Below are positions 39,738 through 53,009 of a stretch of DNA of 64,000 bases, one piece after another. The notes under the pieces are model-generated. The model was not told the origin of the DNA. It made no database searches and saw nothing but the letters and a program-made list of their open reading frames with translations. A program made the translations under genes and the position numbers. The stretch comes from Octopus sinensis (Eukaryota): the NCBI RefSeq assembly GCF_006345805.1, contig NC_043004.1, positions 19,158,001-19,222,000 of the forward strand, read 5' to 3'. Every line of letters begins with the position of its first letter. Position 1 is the stretch's first letter.

Positions 39738-40856
39738 TTGTGTGTGTATGTGCATGTGTATATATATATATAATATATATATACATGCACATACACACAT
39801 ATTCTCTTGTTTGCAGAAACATTCCTCAGCTATGGTCTGCCTCTCTCTCTATCTATCTATCTATCTGTCTATCTCTCTACATATACCCCACCCCTCCTAT
39901 CTTACCTACATTCTTCAATTTCTCTCTCTGTCCAGCTCTGTAAACTACTTACTGTCTATCCTTATTCCGTTCTTTCACCACACTATGCCTTCTTCCCTAT
40001 CTCTTCCTCTCCAACCATCTCAATTTTTTTTTTGATCTGTTTCCCAACCTGTGCCTTTCACCAGGACTTTTAGTCAGACGTGATTTGTTTTTGCTCATGT
40101 TAAGCATTCTCTTCAGTTTCCAGTTTGTGTTATCTTTCCACTTTTCATACTATCATTTCCTTCCTTCTGGTCCTCTTCCTTTCTGTTCTATCTTCACGTG
40201 AGTACTTTAGGATATAATTTCTAATTAGTATTACGACTGTGCATGTTTGATGCTGTTCTATACCCGAAAGGCCCTCTATGTGCCTGTACATATATATATA
40301 TAATAATAAACAGTATATATATATATATATATTAAATAAATAAATAAAAGCAGTACATATATATATATATATATATAATAATAAACAGTATATATATATA
40401 TATTATATATATATATATTAAATAAATAAATAAAAGCAGTACATATATATATATATAAAATAAATAATAAACAATATATATTTATTATACACATGCATAT
40501 ATGGGTACAGAACATCACCAACGGTACAAATAATATGAAATACGTAAACAACGAGAAGGAAATGGAAAACAGGACAAACAAACACAGAGGGAGGAGAACC
40601 TTCATGAGTTGTTGGCTGTCTATCTACTTCTCATTTCAACGACAATATGAGTCTTCAAAACAGTTGCTCCCATTAGTTCTAAAATAAAATTTAGGATTCA
40701 TGGCGGGTTAAAGTTGGGAACAAAAACATGACAGTTGAGACATACAAGGAATGGAAAAAAAAAACATAGTGGGCTGTTAGACCAGAACGAGGGGAAATCA
40801 GTAAACGTTGGGATGAAGAAATTATTTTCTTTGAAAAGAGAAAAGATAGAAGATAG

Positions 40857-40890
<34 letters not shown>

Positions 40891-41099
40891 CAAAATCACG
40901 TCTGTTCTTTTTAAAGGCTTTGCAGGAAAAGAAAGATGGTCAAATAAAGAAAAGAAAGATGGGCAATGGTCACGCGTGACAACAAGAGAGAGAGAGAAAA
41001 AGGGAATAAGCGAAGGATGGAGGAAGAAAATTATAGAGTAGAGAGTCGCATCAAAAAGTTGAAGACAAACTTACTTGGAAATGAATGTGTCACGTTCGA

Positions 41100-41110
41100 T
41101 TAGATAATAA

Positions 41111-41164
<54 letters not shown>

Positions 41165-41826
41165 TACTCTTTACTCTTTTACTTGTTTCAGTCATTTGAC
41201 TGCGGCCATGCTGGAGCACCACCTTTTTAATCGAGCAACTCGACCCCGGGAATTATTCTTTTGTAAGCCCAGTACTTATTCAATCGGTCTCTTTTGCCGA
41301 ACCGCTAAGTAACGGGGACATAAACACACCAGCATCGGTTGTCAAGCAATGCTAGGGGGACAAACACAGACACACAAACACACACATACACATATATATA
41401 TATATATACATATATACGACGGGCTTCTTTCAGTTTCCGTCTACCAAATCCACTCACAAGGCTTTGGTCGGCCCGATGCTATAGTAGAAGACACTTGCTC
41501 AAGGTGCCACGCAGTGGGACTGAACACGGAACATGGTTCCGCGTGGTTCCGTTCTTCCATGTTTTTTCCATTCCTTGTATGTCTCAACTGTCATGTTTTT
41601 GTTCCCAACTTTAACCCGCCATGAATCCTAATATTGTCGTTGAAATGAGAAGTAGATAGACAGCCAACAACTCACGAAGGTTCTACTCCCTCTGTGTTTG
41701 TTTGTCCTGTTTTCCATTTCTTTCTCGTTGATTACGTATTTTTATATATTTATATAAAACCACTAATTGTTATATATATTTATGTGTGTGTATATGTATG
41801 TATATATATATATATTATATATATAT

Positions 41827-41861
<35 letters not shown>

Positions 41862-42493
41862 TACTCTTTACTCTTTTACTTGTTTCAGTCATTTGACTGC
41901 GGCCATGCTGGAGCACCACCTTTTTAATCGAGCAACTCGACCCCGGGAATTATTCTTTTGTAAGCCCAGTACTTATTCAATCGGTCTCTTTTGCCGAACC
42001 GCTAAGTAACGGGGACATAAACACACCAGCATCGGTTGTCAAGCAATGCTAGGGGGACAAACACAGACACACAAACACACACATACACATATATATATAT
42101 ATATACATATATACGACGGGCTTCTTTCAGTTTCCGTCTACTAAATCCACTCACAAGGCTTTGGTCGGCCCGATGCTATAGTAGAAGACACTTGCTCAAG
42201 GTGCCACGCAGTGGGACTGAACACGGAACATGGTTCCGCGTGGTTCCGTTCTTCCATGTTTTTTTCCATTCCTTGTATGTCTCAACTGTCATGTTTTTGT
42301 TCCAACTTTAACCCGCCATGAATCCTAATATTGTCGTTGAAATGAGAAGTAGATAGACAGCCAACAACTCACGAAGGTTCTACTCCCTCTTTGTTTGTTT
42401 GTCCTGTTTTCCATTTCTTTCTCGTTGATTACGTATTTTTATATATTTATATAAAACCACTAATTGTTATATATATTTATGTGTGTGTATATG

Positions 42494-42550
<57 letters not shown>
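41100..42550. repeat. Tandem duplication, ~697 bp period (SINE A + unclassified repeat + microsatellite)
   Basis: SINE A copies at 41164-41537 and 41861-42234 have the same 5' truncation point and identical downstream flanks, apart from a few substitutions. Confidence 0.92.
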
Positions 42551-42555
<5 letters not shown>

Positions 42556-42573
42556 TAATATGTGACAGTTATT

Positions 42574-42653
42574 CGGTAGCCAAGATAAAACTCCGAGTTT
42601 CGGATGCTGAGTTGGAAATCCACGCCACCATCTCTTCAGTTATCCGGCCATCG
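42574..42653 (-). ncRNA. Type I hammerhead ribozyme motif
   Basis: Minus strand GGATAA-CTGAAGA-[stem II]-C-GAAA-CTCGGA-GTT-TTATCT. Core at 42639-42633 and 42601-42598. Stem I GGATAA/TTATCT, stem III ACTC/GAGT. Stem II is imperfect. Confidence 0.65.
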
Positions 42654-43147
42654 GAAAAACTGTATGAAAGGCATAAGGGAGTATACAAAGAGTATATGGG
42701 CGTGTGTGTGTGTGCGTGCATAAGGATATGTGCGTATATAGACGTGGTTTACTCTTTGTATACTCCCTTATGCTTTTTTTATGTATTGTTACCCTTAACC
42801 CTGTTTTTTCTTGTGCTTGTGCGTATGTAGACGTATGTATGAAATTTTACGGTGCGCGTGTGTGTGTGTGTGTGTGGGGGGGGTTATGTATATGCATATA
42901 CATTTGGCGAAGGTTGCGAGTAAAGATGTGTACATTTTTCTAGTGAGGGTGGATGAATGTATGCGTACGTACGTGAGTGTGCGAGCGTACATATGTAGGT
43001 ATGAACAAGGGAGCTTACGCGAATACTATGAACTTTTTACCCCACTTAACTTACTTAGCGGTCATTCGAATAGTCCTTTTGTCTTAATAGCGGTCAATAA
43101 CACAGTAATTTCCCTTAGTATAACAGTCATTTTTCATAGCGTTTTTT

Positions 43148-43226
43148 CGATGGTCGGATAACTGAAGAGATGGTGCCGTGGATTTCCACCTCGGCATCCG
43201 AAATCGCAGTTTTATCTTGGCGACCG
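43148..43226 (+). ncRNA. Type I hammerhead ribozyme motif (sense to the GPCR)
   Basis: CTGAAGA at 43162-43168, GAAA at 43200-43203, GTT triplet at 43209-43211. Stem I GGATAA/TTATCT plus GGTC/GACC. Stem II GGTGCCG/CGGCATC. Stem III has only 2 bp. Confidence 0.6.
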
Positions 43227-43351
43227 AATAATTGTCACATATTACTTTTACAGATAAATTTCTCTATTTACATAATATCGAGATCTCTTTCTTTCTTTTG
43301 TTATCTTACCGTTTTTATCAATATTTATATACATACATTCATACCCCACCC

Positions 43352-43383
<32 letters not shown>

Positions 43384-44359
43384 GGTAACAAATCCAAAAG
43401 AAACCACACAACCTACTCAGGGTTTGTCCCAGCTGTGACAGAGTCTTTAAAAAAGAACAAAACAAAGAGGTTAAAAACTTAGGCATTCATAGATTACATC
43501 ATAACGTAAATCTACCATTCTCAGGGGAAATTTTAACCGTATAAACAGGCCAGGTAAAACCTTGAAGACGATATCACTTATTCATAGTGTTTATCCTAGA
43601 GGAGGCCATCTTCAAGGTTTTATCTTGTCTGTCTATATATATATTGAAAATTTTACATGAACATGGTAGAGAAACAGCTATAGTAAATTTTAAATCAATA
43701 AAATGCTATTTTAAATCAATTAAATGCCACAGAAATAGCTGTAGTACATTTCAAATTTTAAACCCATTTGTGTTCTTGTTAAAAATACACACACAAACAC
43801 ACACACACATACACGCACACACAAACATACAAATATACATTTATCAGTAAAATTATTTGGTATTTCAAAATCAAAACATTTGCATAAAACTTTCATCATT
43901 TTCCTACATACATTAAGTATAACATTTGTATAGTATAGTATCATTTATATAGTTTAGAGAATTAATGATATAACCGAAGAAAAAATGACTACAACTGATA
44001 ATGGAACTGGGCTGCCGAGGTTACATCGCTTCAGGTCATTTTTTTTATCTGGTATAGTTGCTACATATCTGTACTGTAATTATTGACTTGAATAAAATAC
44101 ATTATTATCAGAGTTACAATCATATTAGTTATTCATCGATAAAGTTTAATGATATTGACATAATTACTTGACTCTGAATTCTTGACAATTAATCTTCGAA
44201 AAACGAAACTGAAATGTGATGTGTGAGGACGAAATGAAAGGATTAATGTTTTACTAATGGGCATAACGTTGTATCGCCATTTACATAAGCATGTACATAT
44301 CCTTATGTATACATACGCTTATTTGTGTGTATGTGCCTGTATATATATATTACCTTCCA

Positions 44360-44405
<46 letters not shown>

Positions 44406-47400
44406 ATGCGTGTATGTGTGTCTATATATATATATATGAATATCTATCAACGTGTGATTGTTGATATTATATCAGTAGAATTCGTAGATGTTGGTGACGG
44501 TTGCAGTTTAGGAGTTTAGGAAAATTTCAAATATGGAAATAAAAAATGCCTCAAGGCATAAAACTGTTTCTGTTTGAACTTTGTTTTTCATAGTGCGTTT
44601 TTCATGTTTCTGTTTTTTTTTTAAATTTTATTTTAGACATTGAAAGGTCTCAAAGGTGGTTGCAGAGATAAACATTCTGAAATAATGATTTTCCAAGATG
44701 TTTACAAAATGTATTATAACTGACTACTTCATTAATATTGGTTTTATTTGGATATTTATCTGTTGTTCTTGATGTTTAATAACAGAACGCTAATAATCAC
44801 ACAAGTCTATGATGAAGACAATTCAATCATGCCTGTCTGATTTTATTTTCAGTCTGTACCCATAATATATTATCCAACTTTTCATACCGTTTCTTGATGG
44901 TAAATAGTGGCTTGAGAGAAATTTTGCAACTATTCCTGGTCGATATTATTTGACAAATTACCAGAGTTGTTAGAACATTAGACAAAATGCCTTGCGTTCT
45001 AAGTTCAATTCCCACCAAGGCCGGCTTCGTCTTTGCTCCTTCAGGAATCGATTACTCAAGTCTTTGCATTCTGAGTTGCAATACTACCATGTCCTAAGAA
45101 GTGGTAAAATTAATCTGTCGCGCAATATACCTCCCCCCCCCGTTTAAAACTACCACTCCGTCCGTGTGTGCGGAGTCCACTCTGTTGCAAGTATTTGGTT
45201 CATATCACTGAATTGAGAATACCTCCTGGGCTTTCCCCTTCCCACCAATCTCGGAAGATATGAGAAGGATATGTGCAGTTCCCTTCCCCATAGACCAAAC
45301 AATTAAAAGTACCAGACTAGCCTGTAGGAGCTCCCTTGTTAGCTCGTGGCTAGATTAAGAAAATACACCGTTAGATTTATAACAGTGATATTAAGAGGTG
45401 TATAATCAATAAGTGTTACTATTTGTGATGAGAATAGAACTACTCGGTAGTCGTTAGTCTTATTATTTGTAAATGTAAGAGATATAGAACCAAGTGAGAT
45501 CTAGAAATATTGTGCAGCGTTAAATACTTATCCGGTCATCGAGGAAGTTTCAACTTGGTCACTTGACCTATTGGAATTAACTTAATTTTAAACCGTCATA
45601 AGACGAAAGGTAGAGATAGCATACTGTAATCCAGAAATACGTGATGGTCATGGTTGGGAGGCATTCGATAATATATATGTTCGTTTGGAGTTGTTCTGAT
45701 GATAAACAGCAATTCATAAATATCTCAGTTGTTTCTCGATAAACCAATAAAACCCTCTACTTGACCTTCTTCAAATAACAACTAAATCTCCGTCAAATAA
45801 CACTTTTCTCTATGAAAAAATATGTGCATAATTGTCTGAAAAAAACAAAAACAGGTGTTGTGGATTCACTGAAATGCTTTTGGCCATTTGTTTATCGTTT
45901 AGAGTTACTCTGAGACTAAATAATATCCCTCTCTGAATCCTCTTTTCAAAGTTTTACCTATTATAAAAGGTTAATCCAGAAAACAATCCAGATTGTCGTC
46001 AGTTATAGCGTGCTCCCAAACCTTGCGGTGTCAACTACAAACATTTACAAATTAGCTGAATTGAGTAGCTTGAGTACAATGCAGCATGCGATTCACAGAT
46101 GTAGTACTTAATGTGATCAACAGATCTTCATGAGTAATAATATTCAATCTTATTATAACGACACTAATAGATATTTACGATAATATATTCTAAACTCAGA
46201 AGATTATATGTAAATATATAAATTGATACTCAAGAAAACAAACTATTAGAGCAATTATAAACAAACTTGAGATGTTCATGTCCTTTAGGCAAGAAAAATG
46301 TAATACCCTTGGTGGCAATTGACATCCATGATAATCTTTGAAAATGTTCCTCCGGGACAGTTTACCAATTATAGACAAATAAATAAATAACCAAATGAAT
46401 AAAGAGTTATCAGGAACAATTTTTCACCTTCAGAATACATTATTTCTCCATTAATATAAGACTTATTTTAGAATGTTTTCTATACATTAATTGAAGTTAA
46501 GGGGGTGAGCTAGCAGAATCTTTAGCACACCGAGCGAAATGCTTAATCTTTAGGTTGTGAGTTCAAATTCTGCCGAAGTTGACTTTGCCTTTCATCCTTT
46601 TGGGTGTCGATAGAATAAGTATCAGTTGAGTACCAAGGTCGAGGCAATCAAATAGCTGGCCTTGAGCCAACATTTGAAGCCAATATATTAAATGAAATTA
46701 AATAAGGAAATATATCAAAATTGAAATGTTCAATTATTAATTTCAATGTGCGAAACTATTTCATTTCATTCCCGTATGTTGAACCTTATCTACAAACCAT
46801 GAACATCGTAACTCTCAATGATTCAATACATATATCTGTAAATGAAAATGTAATTTGCGTAGGTTGAACAGAATCGATCGATTTATGGCACAAGAAAAGA
46901 AATATTGTTTGTGATATCAGATTAATACATTTTGTGAGAGAAATCAATTTTATATGAAACTGAGATAATACATCTCTTGATTAAAGCGATACACAACTAT
47001 TATTTGGAATAAACGAAGAAAATAAGGTTGGAAACTAACTGTCATCATTTTCCAATTTAGTTTAGAACAATCACAGCAAACACTAAAAGGGTAATTGGAC
47101 ATTATATTATTCTATTAACTCATAGTTTGTGAGATCAGATCCTCTGCAAGATGTTTGGATTGCCCCTGGTCAAAGCATTTACTAGTTCATATTGTTTACA
47201 CTAATTATCATGAATCTGACATATTAGCAGCGGATGTACTTGTAAATTGACCAGTGTCCCAGCGTTTCGTTAGTTTCATCTTATAGATTTAAATCCATCT
47301 ACTCATATAGCTTGGCGAAAGAAGATATAACAACCTAAATAACTTTAAAAGAAATCTCCAGTACATCCACAATACTTCACGGTCATAAGCTTTTTTTGTT

Positions 47401-48254
47401 CATAAAATCGTGCAAAACACGTTTAGATCTTTTAAAATACAGAGATGTATTAGAGGGAGTCAGAAAATAATGCCTCAGGTCTCAAGGCAACATCATCTGT
47501 TTATAACTGATTGTGAAATCAAGTATTTTATTGATTAATTTTTCTCTATAAACAGGTTAATTTCGGTAAAAATATAAAATAGAATCAAGATAAGAAATTA
47601 AAGTTCTGAAAATAGCTGTTAAATAAGCGCAATACTTTAGATAGTTGTACAGGGGAAATGTTAGAATGGGTCAAATATTGGTTTACTTACTCATAGGCAG
47701 CGAGCTCAATACGGTTACTAGTCTCATATAATATTACATAAATCAGGAGAAGTAGCGGATTATCTGAAAAAAGTTATCTGTAATAGACTGTTGTCCTGTA
47801 CAGCAGGTATATTTATTTCTCATCCACTTCACATCAACAAACAGGGGAGTATTTGCGTATATTTATAGGGGTTAAAATATTTTCCCAATTCATATAATTA
47901 ACTGGATCTCTGTATTGATTAGAAATTGACTCAGGTGGAGAGTAAATACCTCAGGAATTTGAAAGAATAAACTTAAAGTATTAGAGATACTGAGACGTGG
48001 AATAACGTCGTGTCGCTTTCATACTTTTGTCAATAATATTTAGTAATATAAAGGAAATAAACAAGTTAAATAGGAATCGAACCAATGTTCTAATGTTGAT
48101 ATTACGGAACATAATGATAATAATAATCCTTTTTATTATAAACATAAGGCTTGAAATTTTGAGGGAAGGGCTAATCGAATACACTGACTCTCGGTCTTCA
48201 ACTGACACTTATTTTATTGACCCACAAAAGTGATCCACGGCGGAATTTGAACTC

Positions 48255-48510
48255 AGAACGTAGAGACGGGTGAAATGCTGCTAAAGCATGAAATACCCAA
48301 CCCTCCATTCAGCGGGTGTTGAGAGCAAATGAAGCGCCAAAATAGTGGAGCGCGACCTTTCCGCAGAAAGCGGAAAGGTGCGTGTTCCATTTTAATCAGA
48401 CATACGATGGTCAAACGGTAATATAAGATGGAGGCGATGTAAGCATTCAACACATATGCCCGACATTTCAGAGGTAGCTGCTCTTGGTTCATTTCTGGGT
48501 GAGACAAGCT
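48255..48510 (-). mobile_element. Tx1/L1-clade ORF2 fragment
   Basis: LPLKCRAYVLNAYIASILYYRL...FRFLRKGRAPL...SQHPLNGGLG matches the post-RT LSxxGR...GGLG region of L1/Tx1 ORF2. Confidence 0.72.
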
Positions 48511-48539
48511 ACACTGCTTGTCATGTGGTCCCAGTTATT

Positions 48540-48895
48540 CTCCACCGGACCCAACCAGACCCCGAGAAATTTAACCAAATATCATGAATGTTGTGAGTAA
48601 AGAGGTTGAAAAAAAACGACGAAGTACTCTGAATTGAAAGAGAAAATGGCAAGGCTGTATGGCAAGCGAAATGGTAATCTATATGTAATACCGGTGGTGA
48701 ACGGAGTGTTGGGTTAAATCCCATTGAAACTTCAAAACTTCTTAAGGCAACTGGAAATCCCATGCAAGATTGATGTCTTGCAAAAATCTGGCTTATTGGG
48801 CACAACACACATCTTAAAGAAAGTAGTATCTGAGGTCCTTGTGACTTGACAGATGACTAAAAACTCCGGTGCATTTTTACCTAGAGCGTGTTACG
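48540..48895 (+). mobile_element. R4/Dong-group 3' end, followed by (ACT)n(AAT)n
   Basis: KYSELKEKMARLY...VIPVVNGVLG*IPLKLQNFLRQLEIP...LQKSGLLGTTHILKKVV, then a short UTR and the microsatellite at 48900-49010. Confidence 0.72.
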
Positions 48896-48899
48896 AAGG

Positions 48900-49005
<106 letters not shown>

Positions 49006-49895
49006 TAATAATATAATCGTTGTTGTAAATATTCAACTTGATATATAGTGATAGTCACACCCTGAAAAAAAAATTACACATCTACAGTTTTGTACCACAA
49101 TTCAATACTTTTGACTTCACACGATCTACCGAGTTGTATTAGCAAACTGTTGTATCTTCGTATCTAAGTTGCATATCAATGCATCAACATACTTGAAAAT
49201 TAAAATACTTATGCGTCGTTATTGTTGTTAGCCTTCATAGACAAATAATCCTATCTGGAAACAATGTTTGTTTTACGTGATTGTTAATCTTTCATACAAA
49301 TCACCAAAGAGAAGAAAATGTTCCTTCTAGTGACTTATGTATATAAAGGCTTAGAAATAGTAATATAAAATGTCGGACAATGATAATGGAAATGCAAAGA
49401 TTAATTATACATTTTCCCTGTTTATTTGTTCTGTTATCGTTTAGTTCTTACGTTTGAAACAAGTTACAAATTGAACAGAAGTATGGTCCTTGAATAACCC
49501 CCAGTACTTAGTTATCTCCTATTGTAATCCGACCTACGTAAGTTCAAAACAACTGTATCTGCATCAGAAATGGGAAAAACCTTTACAGTTTTCAGCCTGT
49601 TGTGATCAGATTAACTATTTGCTGCAATACTTTTGGACTTGTTAACAGTCTATTTAATATAAGAGACATAGCAATTAAATAGTTTACCATTTATAATTTC
49701 AAGACACAAAACTGATATTTGTCAGAGACTAAAATTATCAGAATATTACTGATACTTATTTAAACAGCTATGATGAACGAAAAGCAAAAATCTATTCATG
49801 CAGCATTTCACAGATTATAAACAAAAATGATATTGTTTGTTAAATTACTGCTTCATGTCTGGATAACATTTCCAAGATTTTATAATTTTTTTCAG

Positions 49896-49998
49896 CCTCC
49901 ATACCGAAATAGATGATGACCCCAGGGTTAACTGCTGGATACCCCGTGCTGGACAACTAGAATGGATTTTTAATGTACCTCATATCATTTGTTCAATT
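49896..49998 (+). CDS. Class B1 GPCR exon: ECL2-start of TM5
   Basis: tttttttcAG acceptor, GTAAGT donor. Phase 2 to phase 0. Encodes LHTEIDDDPRVNCWIPRAGQLEWIFNVPHIICSI, with the ECL2 CW motif and TM5 Pro. Confidence 0.9.
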
Positions 49999-51049
49999 GT
50001 AAGTTCAAGTTTCACCATATATACATTAATGAATTTTATTTTACTTGATTTTTAGAAAGTATTTCAAGTTCATGTTAAAATATAGAATGCTATATATTTT
50101 ATTTCAAATGTTTAGTATTACACTATTTAACTCACATTATGGAATTGCTGGAAAGAGTTGCCATCTTTAAACATTAAATAGGACTTCATGCTTCCCTTGG
50201 TTTAAATAGTTGGTATCTTATTATATGTATTTACTTTGACAAGAAACAGTATGTTACAAAATCAAGACCTTTTGTTGAACTCATGACTTCTCAAAATCTC
50301 AGCAAAAGTTTATCTTTCTAAAATGTTGCGCTTCCTAAATTTGACTACTGGTGGAGAGAAGCCATAGACAATTAAATCGTCATCGGGCAATTTAGTATTA
50401 TTTTATTGACTATGAAACAATAAAACTAATGTTGAGCAGGAGAGGGCTTGAGTAAGAAAATAAAATTAAATGGCTGTATTTCGTTTACTAGTAACTAACT
50501 TTAAACTGTAGCACTGCTATAGCCTCCAAGATCATTATTGCTACTCTTGCTTAGTCCCACACCGATTTCCATCAAGTTAACCTCCGACTGTCAGGAAGGG
50601 CATACCGACCGTCAATACATTGTTGTTTTTCTCAAACATTATATACCAATGACTACGCGACACAAAACATTATTCTTTTTCTTTGAACTGTAATTCAGGA
50701 ACAGCTGAGTGACCATGTAAAATCTTCCGTCGTTGATTTTTTTGTTATTTTCTTTAGGCTCCAGGATCTATATTAGTTACTACGTATCGTATTCCTAGGT
50801 TGGAAAAGTAGGATTTTACAATAAGACCCTATTCGCTGATTCATGGAAGTGTAATTGGGGAATGATTTTAGCAGCAGCAATAGCTATGGGAGGGAAGAAA
50901 AGGTTCCATAATGTATTTCCGTTGATAACTATTTCCTTGACAGTTAATATTTTTACAGGGAATAGTTACGGGACATAAACGCATAGCACATACAGAGAAA
51001 CAGACGCATGCAAGCGCACATGAACACCCCCGCGCGCTCATACACGCCT

Positions 51050-51054
<5 letters not shown>

Positions 51055-51081
<27 letters not shown>

Positions 51082-51248
51082 GAAGAGTGAGAAAGAGAGG
51101 AGAGACTTGAAGAGAGGAGAGAGAGAAGATAGAGAGAGAGAAAGAAAGAAAGAAAAAAGAAAGAACAGGAAAAAGAAAAGAAAGAAAGAAAAAAGAAAGA
51201 AAGAGAAAAGAAAGAAAGAAGAAAGAAAGAAAGAAAGAAAGAAGAAAA

Positions 51249-51283
<35 letters not shown>

Positions 51284-51305
51284 TGAGAGAGAAAAAGAGA
51301 TAGAG
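51055..51305. repeat. (GA)n/(GAAA)n purine tract
   Basis: Seen directly. Confidence 0.95.
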
Positions 51306-51894
51306 ATTAAAGGGGATCATTTAAGGACCGAATCATCAACGTGGAGAGCAAGGAAATTAACACCGCTAGTTTGTTGGTTTTATGGGTTGGGTGATAGATA
51401 AAAAAAGTACGATTTAAGCTAAATATGATCAGCTATGCATATCCACCCCGAATGTTGAAACTACGCCTATATTGCAGATTTATTTGTTCCAAAACTAATA
51501 TATATCATTAGAATAACCAATGATGTATTTAAATAAATACGAGCACAACGCACCCCACCCCGTCCAATGGATGGTGCTGAGTTGCCAAACATTTATACCA
51601 GATTGTCCGACCGTCCCATAGCCCCCAACCTTTGAGAAACACTGATTTAATCTAATTTGAGACACCAGCAAAAGAAGAAATAAAGTTTTTATTTGGTATA
51701 ACACAGCTTTCCATTACAATTCACATGAAGTTTATGCGTCTCAACCTCACATGATCATTGGTAGCATGTCATTTGTTTGCCATGAGGTGGCCAGCTGAAC
51801 CTGCCAACATTTGCTGCTCCAATGAGACGGTTAGATTGCCTCCTTTGAAAGATGACATGCGTACAAATGCACGTTCACACGGCTTTTTTCTATC

Positions 51895-52057
51895 ACATTC
51901 TCACCTGGAATCAATTTTTCGTAATTTTTTCAAGACTTATACACGCCCTGATACCGTCGGTATCTACATATCAAATTTGAGCGCAATCGGATGGAGGATG
52001 CCCGAGATCCTAGAAGACACACACATAGACAGACAGAACGGATTTTATATAATAGAT
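51895..52057 (+). mobile_element. Possible non-autonomous Helitron-like 3' end
   Basis: CAAATTTGAGCGCAATCGGATG...GAGATCCTAGAAGACAC-(ACAG)n-...TTATATAATAGAT resembles microsatellite-bearing Helitron-N termini (from memory). Confidence 0.35.
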
Positions 52058-52447
52058 TACATTAAAAACACGAAAAAACAATACTAAAAACTGAGTTTCT
52101 ACATTTTCTATTGGTACTTTTAACAATAGACTTAGACTTTTTTTCTGGTCGTATATGCCGAATTTGCTGTTAAAGCCAAAGTGAACATTTGACAACAATA
52201 ACTGAATAAACAGATTAAATACTTTTGGTTATTAAACTGTTTGCATAAAAACTATCATCTTTTCTATTTATATAAAATCTTAATCTCATCAAGTAGCTAC
52301 TCTATTGAAGCCATTAATGTGATGCATTACATTTTACTTATAACATTTGGTGCTAGTTTTTTTTTGTGTTGCGAAACCTTGCTATCGAATAAAACATACG
52401 TTGTATATATTTTTGTATGTATGTATTTATGTATGTATATATGTGTA

Positions 52448-53009
52448 TTGGGTTGTCCAGAAAGTTCGTGCCGATTTATAGTTGCTTACCTTTCGACATA
52501 TTTTAGTACATGTTTGAGTCCATAAAATAGGATTTGACTACACCGACATTTAGAGTAGTTTTAAGTTATTTTTCGTGGAAGAAGGTTTATGTTCCTATAA
52601 CCTGTCTTAATTCTCTAAGCCTTTAAAATGGAAGATAAGAAAGTTCATTTTCGGCAGTTGATGCTTTGGGAACCAGACAAAAATTGCTGCAGTTCGGCTG
52701 GCATGTGTTACCCACCCTCCATATTCACCAGATATTGCTCCTTCGGATTTCCACTTATTCAGGTCTCTGCAGAATAGTCTTAATGGTAAAAATTTCAATT
52801 CCTTGGATGACGTAAAAAGATACTTTGATAAATTCTTTGCCATGAAACCACCTCAATTCTTGGAAGAGGGTATTTTCGAGTTAAAAGAAAGATGAAGACG
52901 CATTGTGTAACAAAATGGTTCATATTCGGTTGATTAACAATGTAATAGCAAATATTTATTGATCTTTCCTTTCCTTTAAAAATCGACACGAACTTTCCGG
53001 ACAACCCAA
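52448..53009 (+). mobile_element. Internally deleted mariner (MITE-like, 562 bp)
   Basis: 30-bp TIRs TTGGGTTGTCC(A/G)GAAAGTTCGTG(C/T)CGATTT at 52448-52477 and 52980-53009, with TA on both sides. Start MEDKKVHFRQLMLW fused to HPPYSPDIAPSDFHLFRSLQN. Confidence 0.92.

Larger units (their letters stand above)
42551..43290. mobile_element. Non-coding element with ~120 bp inverted arms, each carrying a hammerhead core; probably PLE-derived
   Basis: 42551-42670 is the reverse complement of ~43135-43250 with scattered mismatches. There is (TA)n on the left and a (TA)n tract shortly beyond the right arm. Confidence 0.7.
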
